Shown: positions 19,463-30,147 of the stretch, one piece after another | How the letters are laid out: the number at the start of each line of letters is the position of its first letter | Numbering within the stretch: the stretch's first letter is position 1 | NCBI GenBank assembly: GCA_945787125.1 | Contig: CALZHW010000001.1 | Location: 8,323-72,322 of the forward strand | Direction: 5' to 3' | Length of the DNA stretch: 64,000 nucleotides | Origin: an uncultured Ectothiorhodospiraceae bacterium | GTDB lineage: Bacteria; Pseudomonadota; Gammaproteobacteria; S012-40 | Made by a program: the position numbers and the translations under genes | The notes under the pieces: generated by a model | Databases searched by the model: none | What the model saw: only the letters and a program-made list of their open reading frames with translations | What the model was told of the DNA's origin: nothing

Positions 19463-21418
19463 CTATCTCCTAACAGCATTTAACAATGTTTCAAAGACAC
19501 TGTTCGCAATCGTGATAACCTGTGCCGCAGCGGCATAAGCTTGTTGAAAACGTAAAAGATTTGCCGCTTCCTCATCTAGGTTAACGCCCGAAATAGATTC
19601 TCTATGCTCTTTCGCTTGCCCCAGCAAAGCATTTTGCGCTTCAAGGCTGATTTCGGATTGACTGGTTTTGTTGCCCACAGACACCACCAATTCACTATAT
19701 GCATCGTGATAGGAAGCATTACCACTAATCATCGTGCCTGTAACCTGGAGTTCAATCAAATCGAGTGCGTTTCTATTATCACTAAAACCACCGGCATTAA
19801 AATCCACCGTGAATGAATCCCCGACTTTTGGTTTGCCGGTAATATTCACCGTCCAACCGTTGTAGGTAAGATCACCGCCAGATGTATAATTTACTGCAAC
19901 GGGATTGCCGGTGCCTACACCAACAACATCAAATTGATCAGCTTCGGCGGGGGATCCTAAGCCGCCAGAATTTGAGAAGGTAAATATAACGGCTTGTTGC
20001 AAATTGGGATCAGAACTATCCACCACACTAGGCTGAGTAATATCACCATTACCCAGGTTGTTTCCAATATTGATATCGCTTCTTACCGCTGAGGCCGCTG
20101 CAATAAAATTAGGATCGGAAATAGCCATTGAAAACTGCCTGGCAGCGTAACGGTTTGGCCTAAGATAAAAAACATCTCCAACAGCCGGTATTCCATCTAA
20201 GCTAATATCCATACCCTTGAAAGTATTTAATTCCGCTGGTGGGCCAACAGCCACAAATCCGGGATTGACGATTTCATTTGTAGCTAAATTGCGAATCGTA
20301 TAATTAACTCCGTTCCACTTTAATTCAAATTCATCAGTGGTGAGATCTTTAATATCGTTGAGCGCAATCGATGCACTAACACCGCCGGTATTATTAAAGG
20401 ACGCCTCAGCCGTTAGCGTTGGTGCATTGAAAAAACTGCCTCCCATAGTATTCGTTAAATCCATGCCTTTCTGATGCTGCTCGTTAAACGTCGTAGCAAT
20501 AGCGATCGCCAATCTTCCCAGGCTATTAATGGAAGGCGTTAGAATCTCATCTCTGAATTGTAATACGCCACCCAAATCTCCGCCACTTAACATACTGGTA
20601 ATTGATGATAGTGTATTGGTACTATTATCCACGTAAGCCACTTCCATATTTGTCGGGTCATCAGGGTTTGGTCTGGCTTGCAATTGCATTGACTGCGCTG
20701 CTAAAACCAGGCTCTGTCCATTGCCGACAAAAACATCTACTGTGCCATCGTTCAATTCCAGTACATTAACATTGACGTGCTTAGACAGCCGATCAATCAA
20801 TAAATCTCGCTTATCCAGTAAATCATTGGGATCCTGACCGGACGCCATACCTCTTGCTACAATAATTTGCTCATTGTAATCTGCAATAGACTCCGACAGC
20901 CGATTGACCGTGGAAACTTGTGTCCTAATGTGGTCGTTGGCGGCACCTTGCAGATCAGACAACCAATCCTGCATAGTAAGAAATCGATCGACCAACCCTT
21001 CACCCTCAATCAGCATGACTTCACGCGCTGGGATAGACACCGGATCATTCGCCACTTCCTGTACTGCAGCAAAAAAAGATTCAATCGCAGGACTTAAACC
21101 TGCATCAGGATCAGCCAGTAAATTATCGACTTGAGATGAGAACTGGTTATATATCGAGAAATATTCACTGGAAGCAAGGCGCGTTCGAACTTGATCAATT
21201 GCATTTTGATCAAACATTCTTCTGACGGCGGTGGAATCGACACCATTACCAATAAAACCGTTGCCACTTGGGCTGGCAAAACGGGTTGCAAGCTCTACCC
21301 GCTGACGGGAAAAACCTTCCGTTTGGGAATTAGTAATGTTATGACCAATCGTGTTAAGACTGCGCTGGAAAACCTGCAATCCTGAAACACCCACCTTAAA
21401 AGAATCACCTGCTGCCAT
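19463..21418 (-). CDS. flgK: flagellar hook-associated protein FlgK (HAP1)
   Basis: 651 aa, N-terminus VGVSGLQVFQRSLNTIGHNITN and C-terminus LRFQQAYAAAAQVITIANSVFETLLNAV are typical of FlgK. Confidence 0.85.
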   Translation of the reverse strand: MAAGDSFKVGVSGLQVFQRSLNTIGHNITNSQTEGFSRQRVELATRFASPSGNGFIGNGVDSTAVRRMFDQNAIDQVRTRLASSEYFSIYNQFSSQVDNLLADPDAGLSPAIESFFAAVQEVANDPVSIPAREVMLIEGEGLVDRFLTMQDWLSDLQGAANDHIRTQVSTVNRLSESIADYNEQIIVARGMASGQDPNDLLDKRDLLIDRLSKHVNVNVLELNDGTVDVFVGNGQSLVLAAQSMQLQARPNPDDPTNMEVAYVDNSTNTLSSITSMLSGGDLGGVLQFRDEILTPSINSLGRLAIAIATTFNEQHQKGMDLTNTMGGSFFNAPTLTAEASFNNTGGVSASIALNDIKDLTTDEFELKWNGVNYTIRNLATNEIVNPGFVAVGPPAELNTFKGMDISLDGIPAVGDVFYLRPNRYAARQFSMAISDPNFIAAASAVRSDINIGNNLGNGDITQPSVVDSSDPNLQQAVIFTFSNSGGLGSPAEADQFDVVGVGTGNPVAVNYTSGGDLTYNGWTVNITGKPKVGDSFTVDFNAGGFSDNRNALDLIELQVTGTMISGNASYHDAYSELVVSVGNKTSQSEISLEAQNALLGQAKEHRESISGVNLDEEAANLLRFQQAYAAAAQVITIANSVFETLLNAVRR

Positions 21419-21434
21419 AATTCACTCCACCTTG

Positions 21435-22319
21435 CTAGCTCACTTCGTCTTGTGTGAGTTCGATTGTTTTTAATGCCTCATTCAATGGCTTAGCCGAAAG
21501 AATGCCTTGGATCTTATTGGCATATTCCGGATCAGTGGCATAACCGGCTTGCTGTAATGCCTGCAAAAATTGAGCGCTGTCTTGGGTTGATTTTAATGCA
21601 TCGCTGTAACGTGGATTTTTTTGTAAAAACGACACATAATCCTTGAAGCTATCTTCATATGAATCATACTGCCGAAAATCTGCACGCTGAGATTGCGCTT
21701 GTCCACCAATAAACTCAACAGTTGAAATACTGGTCTTTGCTCCAGTCCAACCTGCGTCTGCCTTGATATTAAATAAGTTAAAACTGCTTTTGCCGTTCTG
21801 ACCTTGGATTACATACTTTCCCCAGCCCGTTTCCAAGGCAGCTTGTGCCAACAATAATTTGGGTGATACGCCAATTTCTTCCGCTGCATTTTTAGCACTG
21901 GGCCACAATGTCTGCACAAAATCTTTGGCAGATGTAAAGTTTTTTGCTTGGTTCGCCGTTTGCTGATCATTATTGGTTTTATCAATCGATTCCTGAGCAA
22001 CCGGCTTATCATTCTCATTGGGTAAATAACGCCCCAACTGTTTAACTAACGTATCCGCAATTCCCATCCCACCCGCTTTCGAAAGATTCAGGGAAAGTTG
22101 GTCATCATGCATCTCGCGGTAAAATTTTTCCGTTTCGGAATCAAACAACGGATTACCAAAGGAGGCATCGCGCATGGACTTCATCATCATTTTCATAAAA
22201 ATTGTTTCAAACTGCGCAGCCACTTGCTCTAAGGCAGATTTGGAATCTTTATGAGACAGATTTTTAATATCTCGCAGAGAAGATAGATTTAAATAATCGT
22301 CTGAAGCAGAAGTTTGCAT
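21435..22319 (-). CDS. flgJ: flagellar rod assembly protein / peptidoglycan hydrolase FlgJ
   Basis: 294 aa. N-terminal rod-binding region (LEQVAAQFETIFMKMMMKSMR) and C-terminal glucosaminidase-like domain (LLLAQAALETGWGK...FNLFNIKA). Confidence 0.8.
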   Translation of the reverse strand: MQTSASDDYLNLSSLRDIKNLSHKDSKSALEQVAAQFETIFMKMMMKSMRDASFGNPLFDSETEKFYREMHDDQLSLNLSKAGGMGIADTLVKQLGRYLPNENDKPVAQESIDKTNNDQQTANQAKNFTSAKDFVQTLWPSAKNAAEEIGVSPKLLLAQAALETGWGKYVIQGQNGKSSFNLFNIKADAGWTGAKTSISTVEFIGGQAQSQRADFRQYDSYEDSFKDYVSFLQKNPRYSDALKSTQDSAQFLQALQQAGYATDPEYANKIQGILSAKPLNEALKTIELTQDEVS

Positions 22320-22467
22320 GCGTGTATCCAGGTTTTTTTAATGAGTCACCTGAGAAGCTTCAATTAGCGTGCCATTTTTGAGTATTGGCGTGAGATTTCT
22401 ATTCAGGGTTGTCGCTATGGACACGAACTGCGAGAAAAATAATTGAACTACTATTGTAAGTTACTAC

Positions 22468-22666
22468 TCACAATCGGAATTCAAACTATTCCTAGGAATC
22501 AGCGCTCGTAGTGGCAGGGCATTATCTTATAGAGAGTAGAGAGTGTTGGCAGCAGGGATGCTGCCTTCAAGCCTACAAGGACGTATTCACGGCGTCTCTC
22601 GGTAAGGTTTTGCCGCTGCGGGTGCTGGAAGGTGGCACTTTTTTCATTTTGAACTTCGATTATGAG
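22468..22666. repeat. Family-A MITE-like element
   Basis: ctcacaatcggaattcaaactattcc...gcgctcgtagtggcagggcattatc...tgaacttcgattatgag. Inserted between flgI stop and flgJ start. Confidence 0.8.
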
Positions 22667-22669
22667 TTA

Positions 22670-23791
22670 CTAAATTACAATAAGCTCGGCTTTTAAAGAT
22701 CCTGCTTCTTTCAACGCTTCAAGGATAGCGACTAGATCACCTGGCGCAGCCCCGACTTCGTTGACAGCTCTAACAATTTCATCCAAAGAAACACCAGGAC
22801 TAAATTTAAACATGCGACTATTAGCTTGCTCTAGTTCGATATTCGTTTGCGGTACCACGACTGTTTCACCGTCAGCGAGAGGGTTTGGCTGCGAGACAGC
22901 GGCATTCGGGGTAATTCTGACCGTTAAATTGCCGTGTGATACTGCCGAAGCGGCAACTCTGACATGACTACCGATGACGACCGTGCCCGTGCGTGAATTT
23001 ATAATGACTTTTGCCGCAGCTTCGCCTGGGTTAACCTCTATATTTTCCAATACTGATACAAAACTCACACGTTGCGACACATCTCGCGGTGCAATCACAC
23101 TCACGGTAGAGCCGTCCAGCGAACGCGCTGTGCCGTCACCCATCAGTTTATTGATCGCATCCGACAAACGTTTGGACGTGGTAAAGTCTGATGAATTCAA
23201 GTTTAGAAAAATACTATTACCCTGACTAAAGCTCGACGTAACACTGCGTTCAATTGATGCACCATTGGGTATTCTACCGGTACTAGGAATATTAACCGTA
23301 ACACGCGAACCATCTTGTGCCGCACCAAAACCACTGACCACTAGATTTCCCTGTGCTATCGCATAAATATTACCATCTGCACCCTTCAAAGGAGACATCA
23401 ACAAACTACCACCACGCAAACTTTTCGCGTTACCAATAGAAGACACGGTGATATCAATGGATTGGCCAGGTTTAGCAAAAGGCGGCAACTCGGCCTGTAT
23501 CGAAACTGCGGCAACATTTTTCAGCTGTGGTGTAACATTTGGCGGCAGAGTAATGCCAAATTGTGCCAGCATGCTTTTCAAGCTTTGCACGGTGAACGGT
23601 GTTTGCGAGGTTTGATCGCCAGTGCCATCCAAACCAACCACCAAGCCATAACCAATCAACTGATTGCTTCTGACACCGGCAATGCTCGCTAAGTCTTTTA
23701 CTCGCTCTGCATAAGCCGTATTAAAAAACGCCAGTATAAGTATCAGTAAAAATAATCGTTTTATCGTTTTGTTTAACATTAGAATTTCCAT
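22670..23791 (-). CDS. flgI: flagellar P-ring protein FlgI
   Basis: Conserved FlgI body (...[29 protein letters not shown]...). Start chosen at the ATG whose A overlaps the flgH stop (TAATG coupling), giving signal peptide [28 protein letters not shown]. Alternative starts are TTG at 23806 or ATG at 23779. Confidence 0.85.
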   Translation of the reverse strand: MEILMLNKTIKRLFLLILILAFFNTAYAERVKDLASIAGVRSNQLIGYGLVVGLDGTGDQTSQTPFTVQSLKSMLAQFGITLPPNVTPQLKNVAAVSIQAELPPFAKPGQSIDITVSSIGNAKSLRGGSLLMSPLKGADGNIYAIAQGNLVVSGFGAAQDGSRVTVNIPSTGRIPNGASIERSVTSSFSQGNSIFLNLNSSDFTTSKRLSDAINKLMGDGTARSLDGSTVSVIAPRDVSQRVSFVSVLENIEVNPGEAAAKVIINSRTGTVVIGSHVRVAASAVSHGNLTVRITPNAAVSQPNPLADGETVVVPQTNIELEQANSRMFKFSPGVSLDEIVRAVNEVGAAPGDLVAILEALKEAGSLKAELIVI

Positions 23792-24459
23792 TAAAATGGC
23801 CACCAATGGCTGTTAACCATGCGACTTAACCAACCTTGCGTATTGGCATCCGCTAATGCCCCGTGACCACCATAAATAATTTGTGCGTTTGCCACGCTGC
23901 CAGAAAGCACCGTATTATCACTGCGAATATCTGCCGGTCGGACAATGCCGGAGAAACGAACGTGCTCACTGCCTTGATTTAAAGTCAGTCGTTTTTCCCC
24001 CTGCACCATCAAATAACCATTCGGCAAAACCTCAGATACCGTCACGGTTACTTCACCTTTCAGGCTATTGCTTTGTGAGGAATCGCCTGAACCTGAAAAA
24101 GACCGTCCAGCATCTAATTCAGTGTTTAATAAATCACGCCCTTTCGAAGTCAACATGCCTCCAAATAGGTTAGGTGTAGGAATTTCTACTGTACTGTCTT
24201 TTGAAGTATTAGTACTGGCGCGTTTTGAAGCATTAATATTTTCACTGAGAACAATAGTAATAATATCTCCCACCCGTTTCGCCGATACATCAGAAAATAA
24301 CGAAATACCGTAACCCGTTTGGTAAATGCTGCCATTATCCTGCGGCGGCGGGGCAGAAATAATCGGCCTGACAGGCACAAAATCAGGTGCGGAAGGTGGC
24401 GCTTTAGTCGCACAGCCCACGGTCAATAATCCACATAATATTACACTAAATTTAACCAT
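23791..24459 (-). CDS. flgH: flagellar L-ring lipoprotein FlgH
   Basis: 222 aa with lipobox LLTVGC and a conserved FlgH core. Confidence 0.85.
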   Translation of the reverse strand: MVKFSVILCGLLTVGCATKAPPSAPDFVPVRPIISAPPPQDNGSIYQTGYGISLFSDVSAKRVGDIITIVLSENINASKRASTNTSKDSTVEIPTPNLFGGMLTSKGRDLLNTELDAGRSFSGSGDSSQSNSLKGEVTVTVSEVLPNGYLMVQGEKRLTLNQGSEHVRFSGIVRPADIRSDNTVLSGSVANAQIIYGGHGALADANTQGWLSRMVNSHWWPF

Positions 24460-24466
24460 AACTAAC

Positions 24467-25252
24467 CTATAAAGTTTGCGTCAGATTGCGTAACATGCCG
24501 TCAACGGCGGCAATGGCCTTGGAATTCATTTCATATGCCCGTTGCGTCTCAATCATATTAACCAGCTCTTCCACCACATTAACATTTGAACTCTCCAATG
24601 ACCCCTGGATCAAGCTGCCTACGCCTTGCTGACCAGGCGCACTAACATTCGGCGCGCCACTGGAAACTGATTCAAGATATAAATTCTCTCCAACCGGTTG
24701 CAGGCCACCGACATTAACAAAGTCCGCTAACTGAATATTACCCAATTGATTCTGCGCTGCATTGCCCGGCACTGAGGCAGTCACGACCCCATCGTTGGAT
24801 ATCGAAACAGACAGGGCGTTATCCGGCACATTAATACCGGGCTGCACGAGATAGCCACTTGCGGTCACCAACTGCCCTTGTCCATCAACCCGAAAAGAGC
24901 CATCACGGGTATACCCTATTTCACCGCTAGGCATTAGCACTTGTAAAAAACCACGTCCTTGTACTGCCACATCAAACGAATTTTCAGTCAGAACAAAATT
25001 ACCCTGGGTATGAATTTTTTCAGTGGCGACCGTTCTTACTCCGCTGCCTAGCATCAAACCCGTTGGTAAATTCGTGTCCTCACTGGTTTTGCCGCCAGGT
25101 TGTCGAACATTTTGATAGATTAAATCCTGAAATATTCCTCGCCCACGTTTAAAACCCGTGGTACTTACATTGGCAAGGTTATTGGAAATCACAGCCATTC
25201 GAGTTTGCTGTGTTTCTAAACCTGTTTTTGAAATCCACAATGCGCGATCCAT
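24467..25252 (-). CDS. flgG: flagellar distal rod protein FlgG
   Basis: 261 aa, [36 protein letters not shown]... with a conserved C-terminal heptad region. Confidence 0.9.
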   Translation of the reverse strand: MDRALWISKTGLETQQTRMAVISNNLANVSTTGFKRGRGIFQDLIYQNVRQPGGKTSEDTNLPTGLMLGSGVRTVATEKIHTQGNFVLTENSFDVAVQGRGFLQVLMPSGEIGYTRDGSFRVDGQGQLVTASGYLVQPGINVPDNALSVSISNDGVVTASVPGNAAQNQLGNIQLADFVNVGGLQPVGENLYLESVSSGAPNVSAPGQQGVGSLIQGSLESSNVNVVEELVNMIETQRAYEMNSKAIAAVDGMLRNLTQTL

Positions 25253-25261
25253 AAAATCCTC

Positions 25262-25330
25262 GATTATCTATTAATTATTGGTAACTCTTTATAACTCTAA
25301 CTCTTTAACTCTAACTCTTTAACTCTATAA
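25262..25330. repeat. simple-sequence tandem repeat (TAACTCTTTA / TAACTC units)
   Basis: ggtaactctttataactctaactctttaactctaactctttaactctataa between flgF stop and flgG start. Confidence 0.6.
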
Positions 25331-25364
25331 AAGTGCAAGCGGTGCGCCACTTGCAAAATATTAC

Positions 25365-26105
25365 TTACGAAACACGCATTAAAATATCTGCTGCCTGATC
25401 AATTTCTTCCGCAGTCTTCATAATTTTAGTTTGCATATCAAAACTTCGTGTTAGCTGGATCATTTTCACCATCGTTTCGACGACACTCACATTGCTTCGC
25501 TCAAGCATGCCCGACATCAACCGAACATTGGCATCAAACGGGGCCGGGTCACCACTTTTTAATTTAAACAAACCGTCGGGGGATTTTTCCATTTCACCTA
25601 ACGGTGGATTAACCAGTCGAATTCTATCAATTTCAGCAAGAGCGGCAGCACTTTGTCCCAGAGGTCGCATGCTAATTGTGCCATCAACGCCGATGGATAT
25701 ACTTTCATAGGGAGGAACAAGTATCGGGCCGGCATTACCTAAAACCGACAGACCACTACGCGTTTGCAAAAAACCTTCGGTAGTCACCATGAGATTGCCC
25801 GCACGCGTATACGCTTCGCTGCCGTCTTTGGACTCTACCGAAAACCAACCATCTTGTTTAATGGCAAAATCTAACTCATTCCCGGTAGTTTCAATCGGCC
25901 CGGATGAAAAATTGGTGCCGACTTTTTCAGTCATCGCATAAACGCGAGAAGCGTGACCTGGGCCATATACCGGCATGCTGCGCTGTTGCGCTAAATCTTC
26001 ACGAAAAGCAATGGTATTTACGTTTGCCAGATTATTATTATTCATCGCCTGCGAGTGCATCACTTCCTTCGCACCCGACATACCGATATAAAGCATTCTA
26101 TCCAT
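25365..26105 (-). CDS. flgF: flagellar proximal rod protein FlgF
   Basis: 246 aa, MDRMLYIGMSGAKEVMHSQAMNNNNLANVNTIAF... of the rod family. Confidence 0.85.
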   Translation of the reverse strand: MDRMLYIGMSGAKEVMHSQAMNNNNLANVNTIAFREDLAQQRSMPVYGPGHASRVYAMTEKVGTNFSSGPIETTGNELDFAIKQDGWFSVESKDGSEAYTRAGNLMVTTEGFLQTRSGLSVLGNAGPILVPPYESISIGVDGTISMRPLGQSAAALAEIDRIRLVNPPLGEMEKSPDGLFKLKSGDPAPFDANVRLMSGMLERSNVSVVETMVKMIQLTRSFDMQTKIMKTAEEIDQAADILMRVS

Positions 26106-26141
26106 TATTCGCCCTTCTCTTTTAGTTGATGAAGAGAAAAT

Positions 26142-26157
26142 TGCAATTCATAGGCCT
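26142..26157 (-). promoter_or_regulatory. possible sigma-54 promoter upstream of flgF
   Basis: Reverse strand reads AGGCCTATGAATTGCA (GG-N10-GC with a perfect -12 TTGCA; -24 element weaker). Confidence 0.3.
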
Positions 26158-26248
26158 AAAACGAATATTTAGGAAAGAAAAGTGAAAAGAATAAGAATAC
26201 TCTCAAATAGAGTTCACTCAAATTGCAGAAATGAGAAAAATTGTAGAA

Positions 26249-26527
26249 AGTCAGCACCCGCAACGGTAAAGCCTTGCCGCTACGGGTGTGCTGGAAGGTG
26301 GCACTATGCAACTACTGAACTCTGATTGTAAGTTACAATCAGAGTCAACTACTCTCCATAACCAGCGTCAGTAGTGACAAAGCCTAATCGAGAGTGTCGG
26401 CAGCATGGATGCTGCCGACAAGCCTACAGGGACGTATTCACAGCGTCTCTCGATAAAATTTTGCCACTACGGGCGCTAGAAGGCGGCACTATGCAACTTA
26501 TGCAACTACCGAGTTCCGATTATAAGT
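26249..26527. repeat. Family-A elements: truncated right-half copy (26249-26332) abutting a full copy (26333-26527)
   Basis: First copy ends ...ggtggcactatgcaactactgaactctgattgtaag. A full copy ttacaatcagagtcaactactctccataaccagcgtcagtagtgac...gagttccgattataag follows immediately. Lies between flgF start and flgE stop. Confidence 0.8.
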
Positions 26528-26537
26528 TTTAACTAAA

Positions 26538-27911
26538 TTAACGTATATTCAATAAGGTCTGAGTTAACTGATCAGCGGTACTGATTACCTGGGCATTCGC
26601 TTGATAATTTCGCTGAGAAATAATCATATTCACCAGTTCATCAGCAATTTCTACCGTTGATGCCTCCAATGCACCTGCTTGAATAAGGCCAAGACTTGCC
26701 GTTCCGGGTTGTCCGAGCGTCGTATCGCCGGCATCAAATGTCTCAAGCCACAAAGAATCACCTTTTTGCCGCAAGCCTTGAGGGTTCGGTACATTAGCAA
26801 CAGCAACCATGCCCAGTATTTCCGCATTACCATTAGTATAACGCGCGAAGACTATACCATTTTCTTCTACATCAAAACCGGTCAAACGACCCGTGGTAAA
26901 GCCATCTTGTGCTAGCTCATTAACAGCGAAGTCACTACCGTACTGAGTCGCTGCACCAAAATTGATGGTGAAATCTATATTTGCCGCTCCAGTTCCTACC
27001 GGCACGCCGGAATAAGAAATCTCTTGCAGTCCTGCCAGTGAGCTGGGATCATCATAACGCACACCAGTCAAGGAACCATCTGTATTAAACTCCAGTAGTG
27101 CGGCAGTTCCTGCTGCTGGCGAAGCGGCCACTGCCGGATCACCCGCGACACCGGTAGCTGCTGGAGGGATTTCCACACCATCAACATAGATCACCGCTTG
27201 CCAACTATTATCCAAGGCAGTGCCATCATCGACTTTTCTAAAATACATCTGCGCGACATGCGGCGCACCTAATGAATCGTAAACCGTTGTTGCGGTTACA
27301 TGGTTAAATGTTGTGGGGTCGGTACGATCAAACGGTATCGGCCCAGCAGTATGATCAAACGCTAGATTAGGTGCACCCGGAGCAGTGAGATTAAATTTAT
27401 TGTCTACATTCGCATCAATATTAACATTGATATCAACTTGCGAAGTCGCTACTGGTGAGCCCACGGCATTTTCCAATTGCAAATCAACCAGACTACCGGT
27501 ATTAAAGGTGGTATTGTTTCCCACGGTGACGGGCGGAAAAACCTGCAAAGTTTGCCCCGTACTATTCACTACCTCGCCATTACGATCCAAGCCAAACGAT
27601 CCGTTACGGGTTAAATAACGCCCCTTGTCATCTTCGACAAGAAAAAATCCCTGACCAGTAATTGCTAAATCAGTACTATTGTCGGTATATTCCACATTAC
27701 CCTGGCTGAACATTTGGCGGATAACAGCTGTTCTAGCACCACTACCATTTGTCACACCGGATATTGCACCATAAGCCGAGGCATAAACATCAACAAACTC
27801 TGCACGTGATGCTTTAAACCCCGTGGTTTGTGAGTTCGCAATATTATTACCGGTAACTTTTAAATCCGTTTGTGAACTGTGCAATCCACTTAATGCAATA
27901 CGAAACGGCAT
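26538..27911 (-). CDS. flgE: flagellar hook protein FlgE
   Basis: 457 aa, MPFRIALSGLHSSQTDLKVTGNNIANSQTTGFK... with C-terminus ...ISQRNYQANAQVISTADQLTQTLLNIR. Confidence 0.9.
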   Translation of the reverse strand: MPFRIALSGLHSSQTDLKVTGNNIANSQTTGFKASRAEFVDVYASAYGAISGVTNGSGARTAVIRQMFSQGNVEYTDNSTDLAITGQGFFLVEDDKGRYLTRNGSFGLDRNGEVVNSTGQTLQVFPPVTVGNNTTFNTGSLVDLQLENAVGSPVATSQVDINVNIDANVDNKFNLTAPGAPNLAFDHTAGPIPFDRTDPTTFNHVTATTVYDSLGAPHVAQMYFRKVDDGTALDNSWQAVIYVDGVEIPPAATGVAGDPAVAASPAAGTAALLEFNTDGSLTGVRYDDPSSLAGLQEISYSGVPVGTGAANIDFTINFGAATQYGSDFAVNELAQDGFTTGRLTGFDVEENGIVFARYTNGNAEILGMVAVANVPNPQGLRQKGDSLWLETFDAGDTTLGQPGTASLGLIQAGALEASTVEIADELVNMIISQRNYQANAQVISTADQLTQTLLNIR

Positions 27912-27971
27912 AACCTACTCCTCATAAAATTCTTAAACTTAGCCCGAATAATTCATAAAATATCCGGATTA

Positions 27972-28034
27972 GGAACGTGAATGAAATAACTTACCTAGCT
28001 TACATCTCATCTTCAGCCCGTCTCGGCACGTTCC
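27972..28034. repeat. Family-C hairpin repeat
   Basis: ggaacgtgaatgaaataacttacctagcttacatctcatcttcagcccgtctcggcacgttcc. Shares the arms GGAACGTG...CACGTTCC and loop core CATCTTCAGCCCGTCT with the copy at 32058-32122. Confidence 0.45.
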
Positions 28035-28055
28035 TTAACGCTGCTCTAAACTGAT

Positions 28056-28748
28056 TTACGACAGAATTTCTCTAATCTCACTCATAGCACGAACGCCAAC
28101 ACCAGCAATGTTTAGCTTCATTTGCTCGCCTGATCGCCCGAGTGTGACACTTTCGACCGGCGCAATCACCTGCGCATTCAGCGAAGTGGTTTCATTGTTA
28201 ATTGTTGCAGAAGCGCGGATAAGATATTCGCCCGGCGGCATTTCTTCGCCGCTATCGCTAACGCCATCCCAGGCAAAAGAAACAGATCCTTCGGTTTGCG
28301 GGCCTTTACCAATGGTTTTTACGACTTCGCCAGCAGGGTTCAATATTTCAAACTTTAAATTAGGTGTGCTCTGCTCCAGATCAACACCACCGAAAAAACG
28401 CTCACCCTCACCGGCAGTCAACTGACTGCTGTCCCCTGGTACCCTGACATATCGTCCGACCATGCTGGAAGCTTGCAATGCTTGATTGGAGACCAGCGAA
28501 GCACTCAAACTATCAAAACTTTGCTGCATTTCCTGTAAACCAGAGACTGTACTGAATTGCGCCATTTGACCGAGGAATTCGCCATTTTCTTGTGGCTCCA
28601 TCGGATTTTGATTTTGTAATTGTGCCACCATTAATTTTAGAAAGTCTTCCTGTCCGAGGGAGCTTTTAGCCTTGGCATCTTCTTGCTGCTTTTTCTGAAT
28701 GCCAAGTTGATCAATTAGTGGATTTGTATTGGAAATGCCGTCAGCCAT
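28056..28748 (-). CDS. flgD: flagellar hook capping / assembly protein FlgD
   Basis: 230 aa, N-terminus ...KAKSSLGQEDFLKLMVAQLQNQNPMEP typical of FlgD. C-terminal beta domain. Confidence 0.85.
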   Translation of the reverse strand: MADGISNTNPLIDQLGIQKKQQEDAKAKSSLGQEDFLKLMVAQLQNQNPMEPQENGEFLGQMAQFSTVSGLQEMQQSFDSLSASLVSNQALQASSMVGRYVRVPGDSSQLTAGEGERFFGGVDLEQSTPNLKFEILNPAGEVVKTIGKGPQTEGSVSFAWDGVSDSGEEMPPGEYLIRASATINNETTSLNAQVIAPVESVTLGRSGEQMKLNIAGVGVRAMSEIREILS

Positions 28749-28772
28749 TTGTAGCCTCCAGGTTAACTATGT

Positions 28773-29186
28773 CTATTGCCCTAAACGCAATGTTGCTAAC
28801 AACAATTGCTTTGATGTATTCATTGCTTCCACATTGTACTGATAAGAACGGGAAGCGGAAATCATATTTGCCATTTCTTCAATCGCATTGACGTTAGGTA
28901 AAAAGATATACCCCTCTTCATTGGCCTGTGGATGCTCTGGATCATATCGCATGCGTAATTCGGCTTGGCTTTCAACAATACCTTTCATTCGCACCCCAGC
29001 CGATGCTTGATCACGGCCTGCCATATCCATCGCTGTAGCGAAAACCGGATGACGTGCTCGGTAGGTCTGTTCACGACTACTGCTAACGGTTTCAGCATTA
29101 GCCAAATTACTGGATGTCACATTCAAACGAATCGATTGCGCACTCAGTGCCGAACCTGATACATCAAATACACCAAATAACGACAT
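28773..29186 (-). CDS. flgC: flagellar proximal rod protein FlgC
   Basis: 137 aa, MSLFGVFDVSGSALSAQSIRLNVTSSNLANAET... Confidence 0.9.
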   Translation of the reverse strand: MSLFGVFDVSGSALSAQSIRLNVTSSNLANAETVSSSREQTYRARHPVFATAMDMAGRDQASAGVRMKGIVESQAELRMRYDPEHPQANEEGYIFLPNVNAIEEMANMISASRSYQYNVEAMNTSKQLLLATLRLGQ

Positions 29187-29188
29187 CT

Positions 29189-29590
29189 TTATTCTCCTTT
29201 AACCGCTGACCTGAGCGCTTTAAATTTACCTGTCAAAAACTGCAGACTCGTTTGATAATGAGTGGCGTTTTCGGCGAATTTTACTTTTTCTATTTGCGCG
29301 TCTACCGTATTGCCATCAATTGAAGGCTGGAGTGGCTGACGATAAAGTAAGGCCGCTGTTTGCGTATTATTGCCGCCGGGTTGTATGTGTCTTGCATTAG
29401 TTTTACTGATCATTGTACCGGACTGACTATTTGCTGCAGTTCGCAATACTTGTCTGAAATCGATATCGCGTGCTTTGTAATTCGGTGTATCAGAATTTGC
29501 CAGGTTGGAAGCCAGCACCGTACTGCGTCTCGCTCGCATGTATAAGGCTTCTTCATGGATTCCCATGGCTTTATCTAGATTAAATCGCAT
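29189..29590 (-). CDS. flgB: flagellar proximal rod protein FlgB
   Basis: The ORF extends to 29611. The internal ATG at 29590 gives MRFNLDKAMGIHEEALYMRARRSTVLASNLANSDTPNYKARDIDF, which matches FlgB N-termini. It is preceded by AGGAG (29598-29602 on the reverse strand) and the sigma-54 promoter. Confidence 0.85.
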   Translation of the reverse strand: MRFNLDKAMGIHEEALYMRARRSTVLASNLANSDTPNYKARDIDFRQVLRTAANSQSGTMISKTNARHIQPGGNNTQTAALLYRQPLQPSIDGNTVDAQIEKVKFAENATHYQTSLQFLTGKFKALRSAVKGE

Positions 29591-29634
29591 TTGTTGCTCC
29601 TGCAAAATCATTGTATTGCGTTGCGTAGAACAAA

Positions 29635-29650
29635 AGCAAACCTCGTGCCA
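29635..29650 (-). promoter_or_regulatory. sigma-54 (-24/-12) promoter of the flgB operon
   Basis: Reverse strand reads TGGCACGAGGTTTGCT, a perfect TGGCAC-N5-TTGC. The TSS would fall about 30 nt upstream of the flgB ATG at 29590. Confidence 0.6.
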
Positions 29651-29900
29651 CAGCTAAAAATCACTTGCGAAAGTATTTTTATAATTATAATTCAATGACT
29701 TAAAGCCTTGCAAAAAAATACTTTGAAATATTCGGAGGCCATCAACAGGCATGAAGGCAAAGGATTGCTGAAGCGGCAAAGACCGACCTGCCGCATTTGT
29801 TGATGCAAATTGTTTTTCCAATCTCGAACAAACCAATCTGCTGAATGCGGCTTTTATCGTGATTAACTAGTCGCAAAATAGTCAAATGATGAAGTTAGGA

Positions 29901-30096
29901 TCTCAAGTTTCGGGGCTCAACTAGTCTCCATAACCAGCGCCTGTAGTGGCAAAGCCTTATCGAGAGTGTTGGCATTGGCAGCCTGGAAGCTGCCACCAAG
30001 CCCACAGGGACGTGTTCGCGGCGTCTCTCGGTAAGGTTTTTGCCGCTACGGGTGCTGGAAGGTGGCACCTTTACAACTTTGAACTCCGATTGAAAG
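29901..30096. repeat. Family-A MITE-like element
   Basis: ...ctccataaccagcgcctgtagtggcaaagccttatcgagagtgttggcattggcagcctggaagctgcc...ggtggcacctttacaactttgaactccgattgaaag. Lies between cheR stop and flgB operon promoter. Confidence 0.8.
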
Positions 30097-30147
30097 TTAG
30101 GATAATGGTGTGGGGAACTTACTAAATTCTCAAAAAATACAGACTAA

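Noticed and set aside
22670-23806. FlgI start at the track-predicted TTG at 23806 (overlapping flgH by 16 nt)
   Set aside because: An in-frame ATG at 23791 overlaps the flgH stop as TAATG and yields a canonical signal peptide. The longer N-extension MVAIL adds an uncharged hydrophobic stretch before the n-region, which is atypical.
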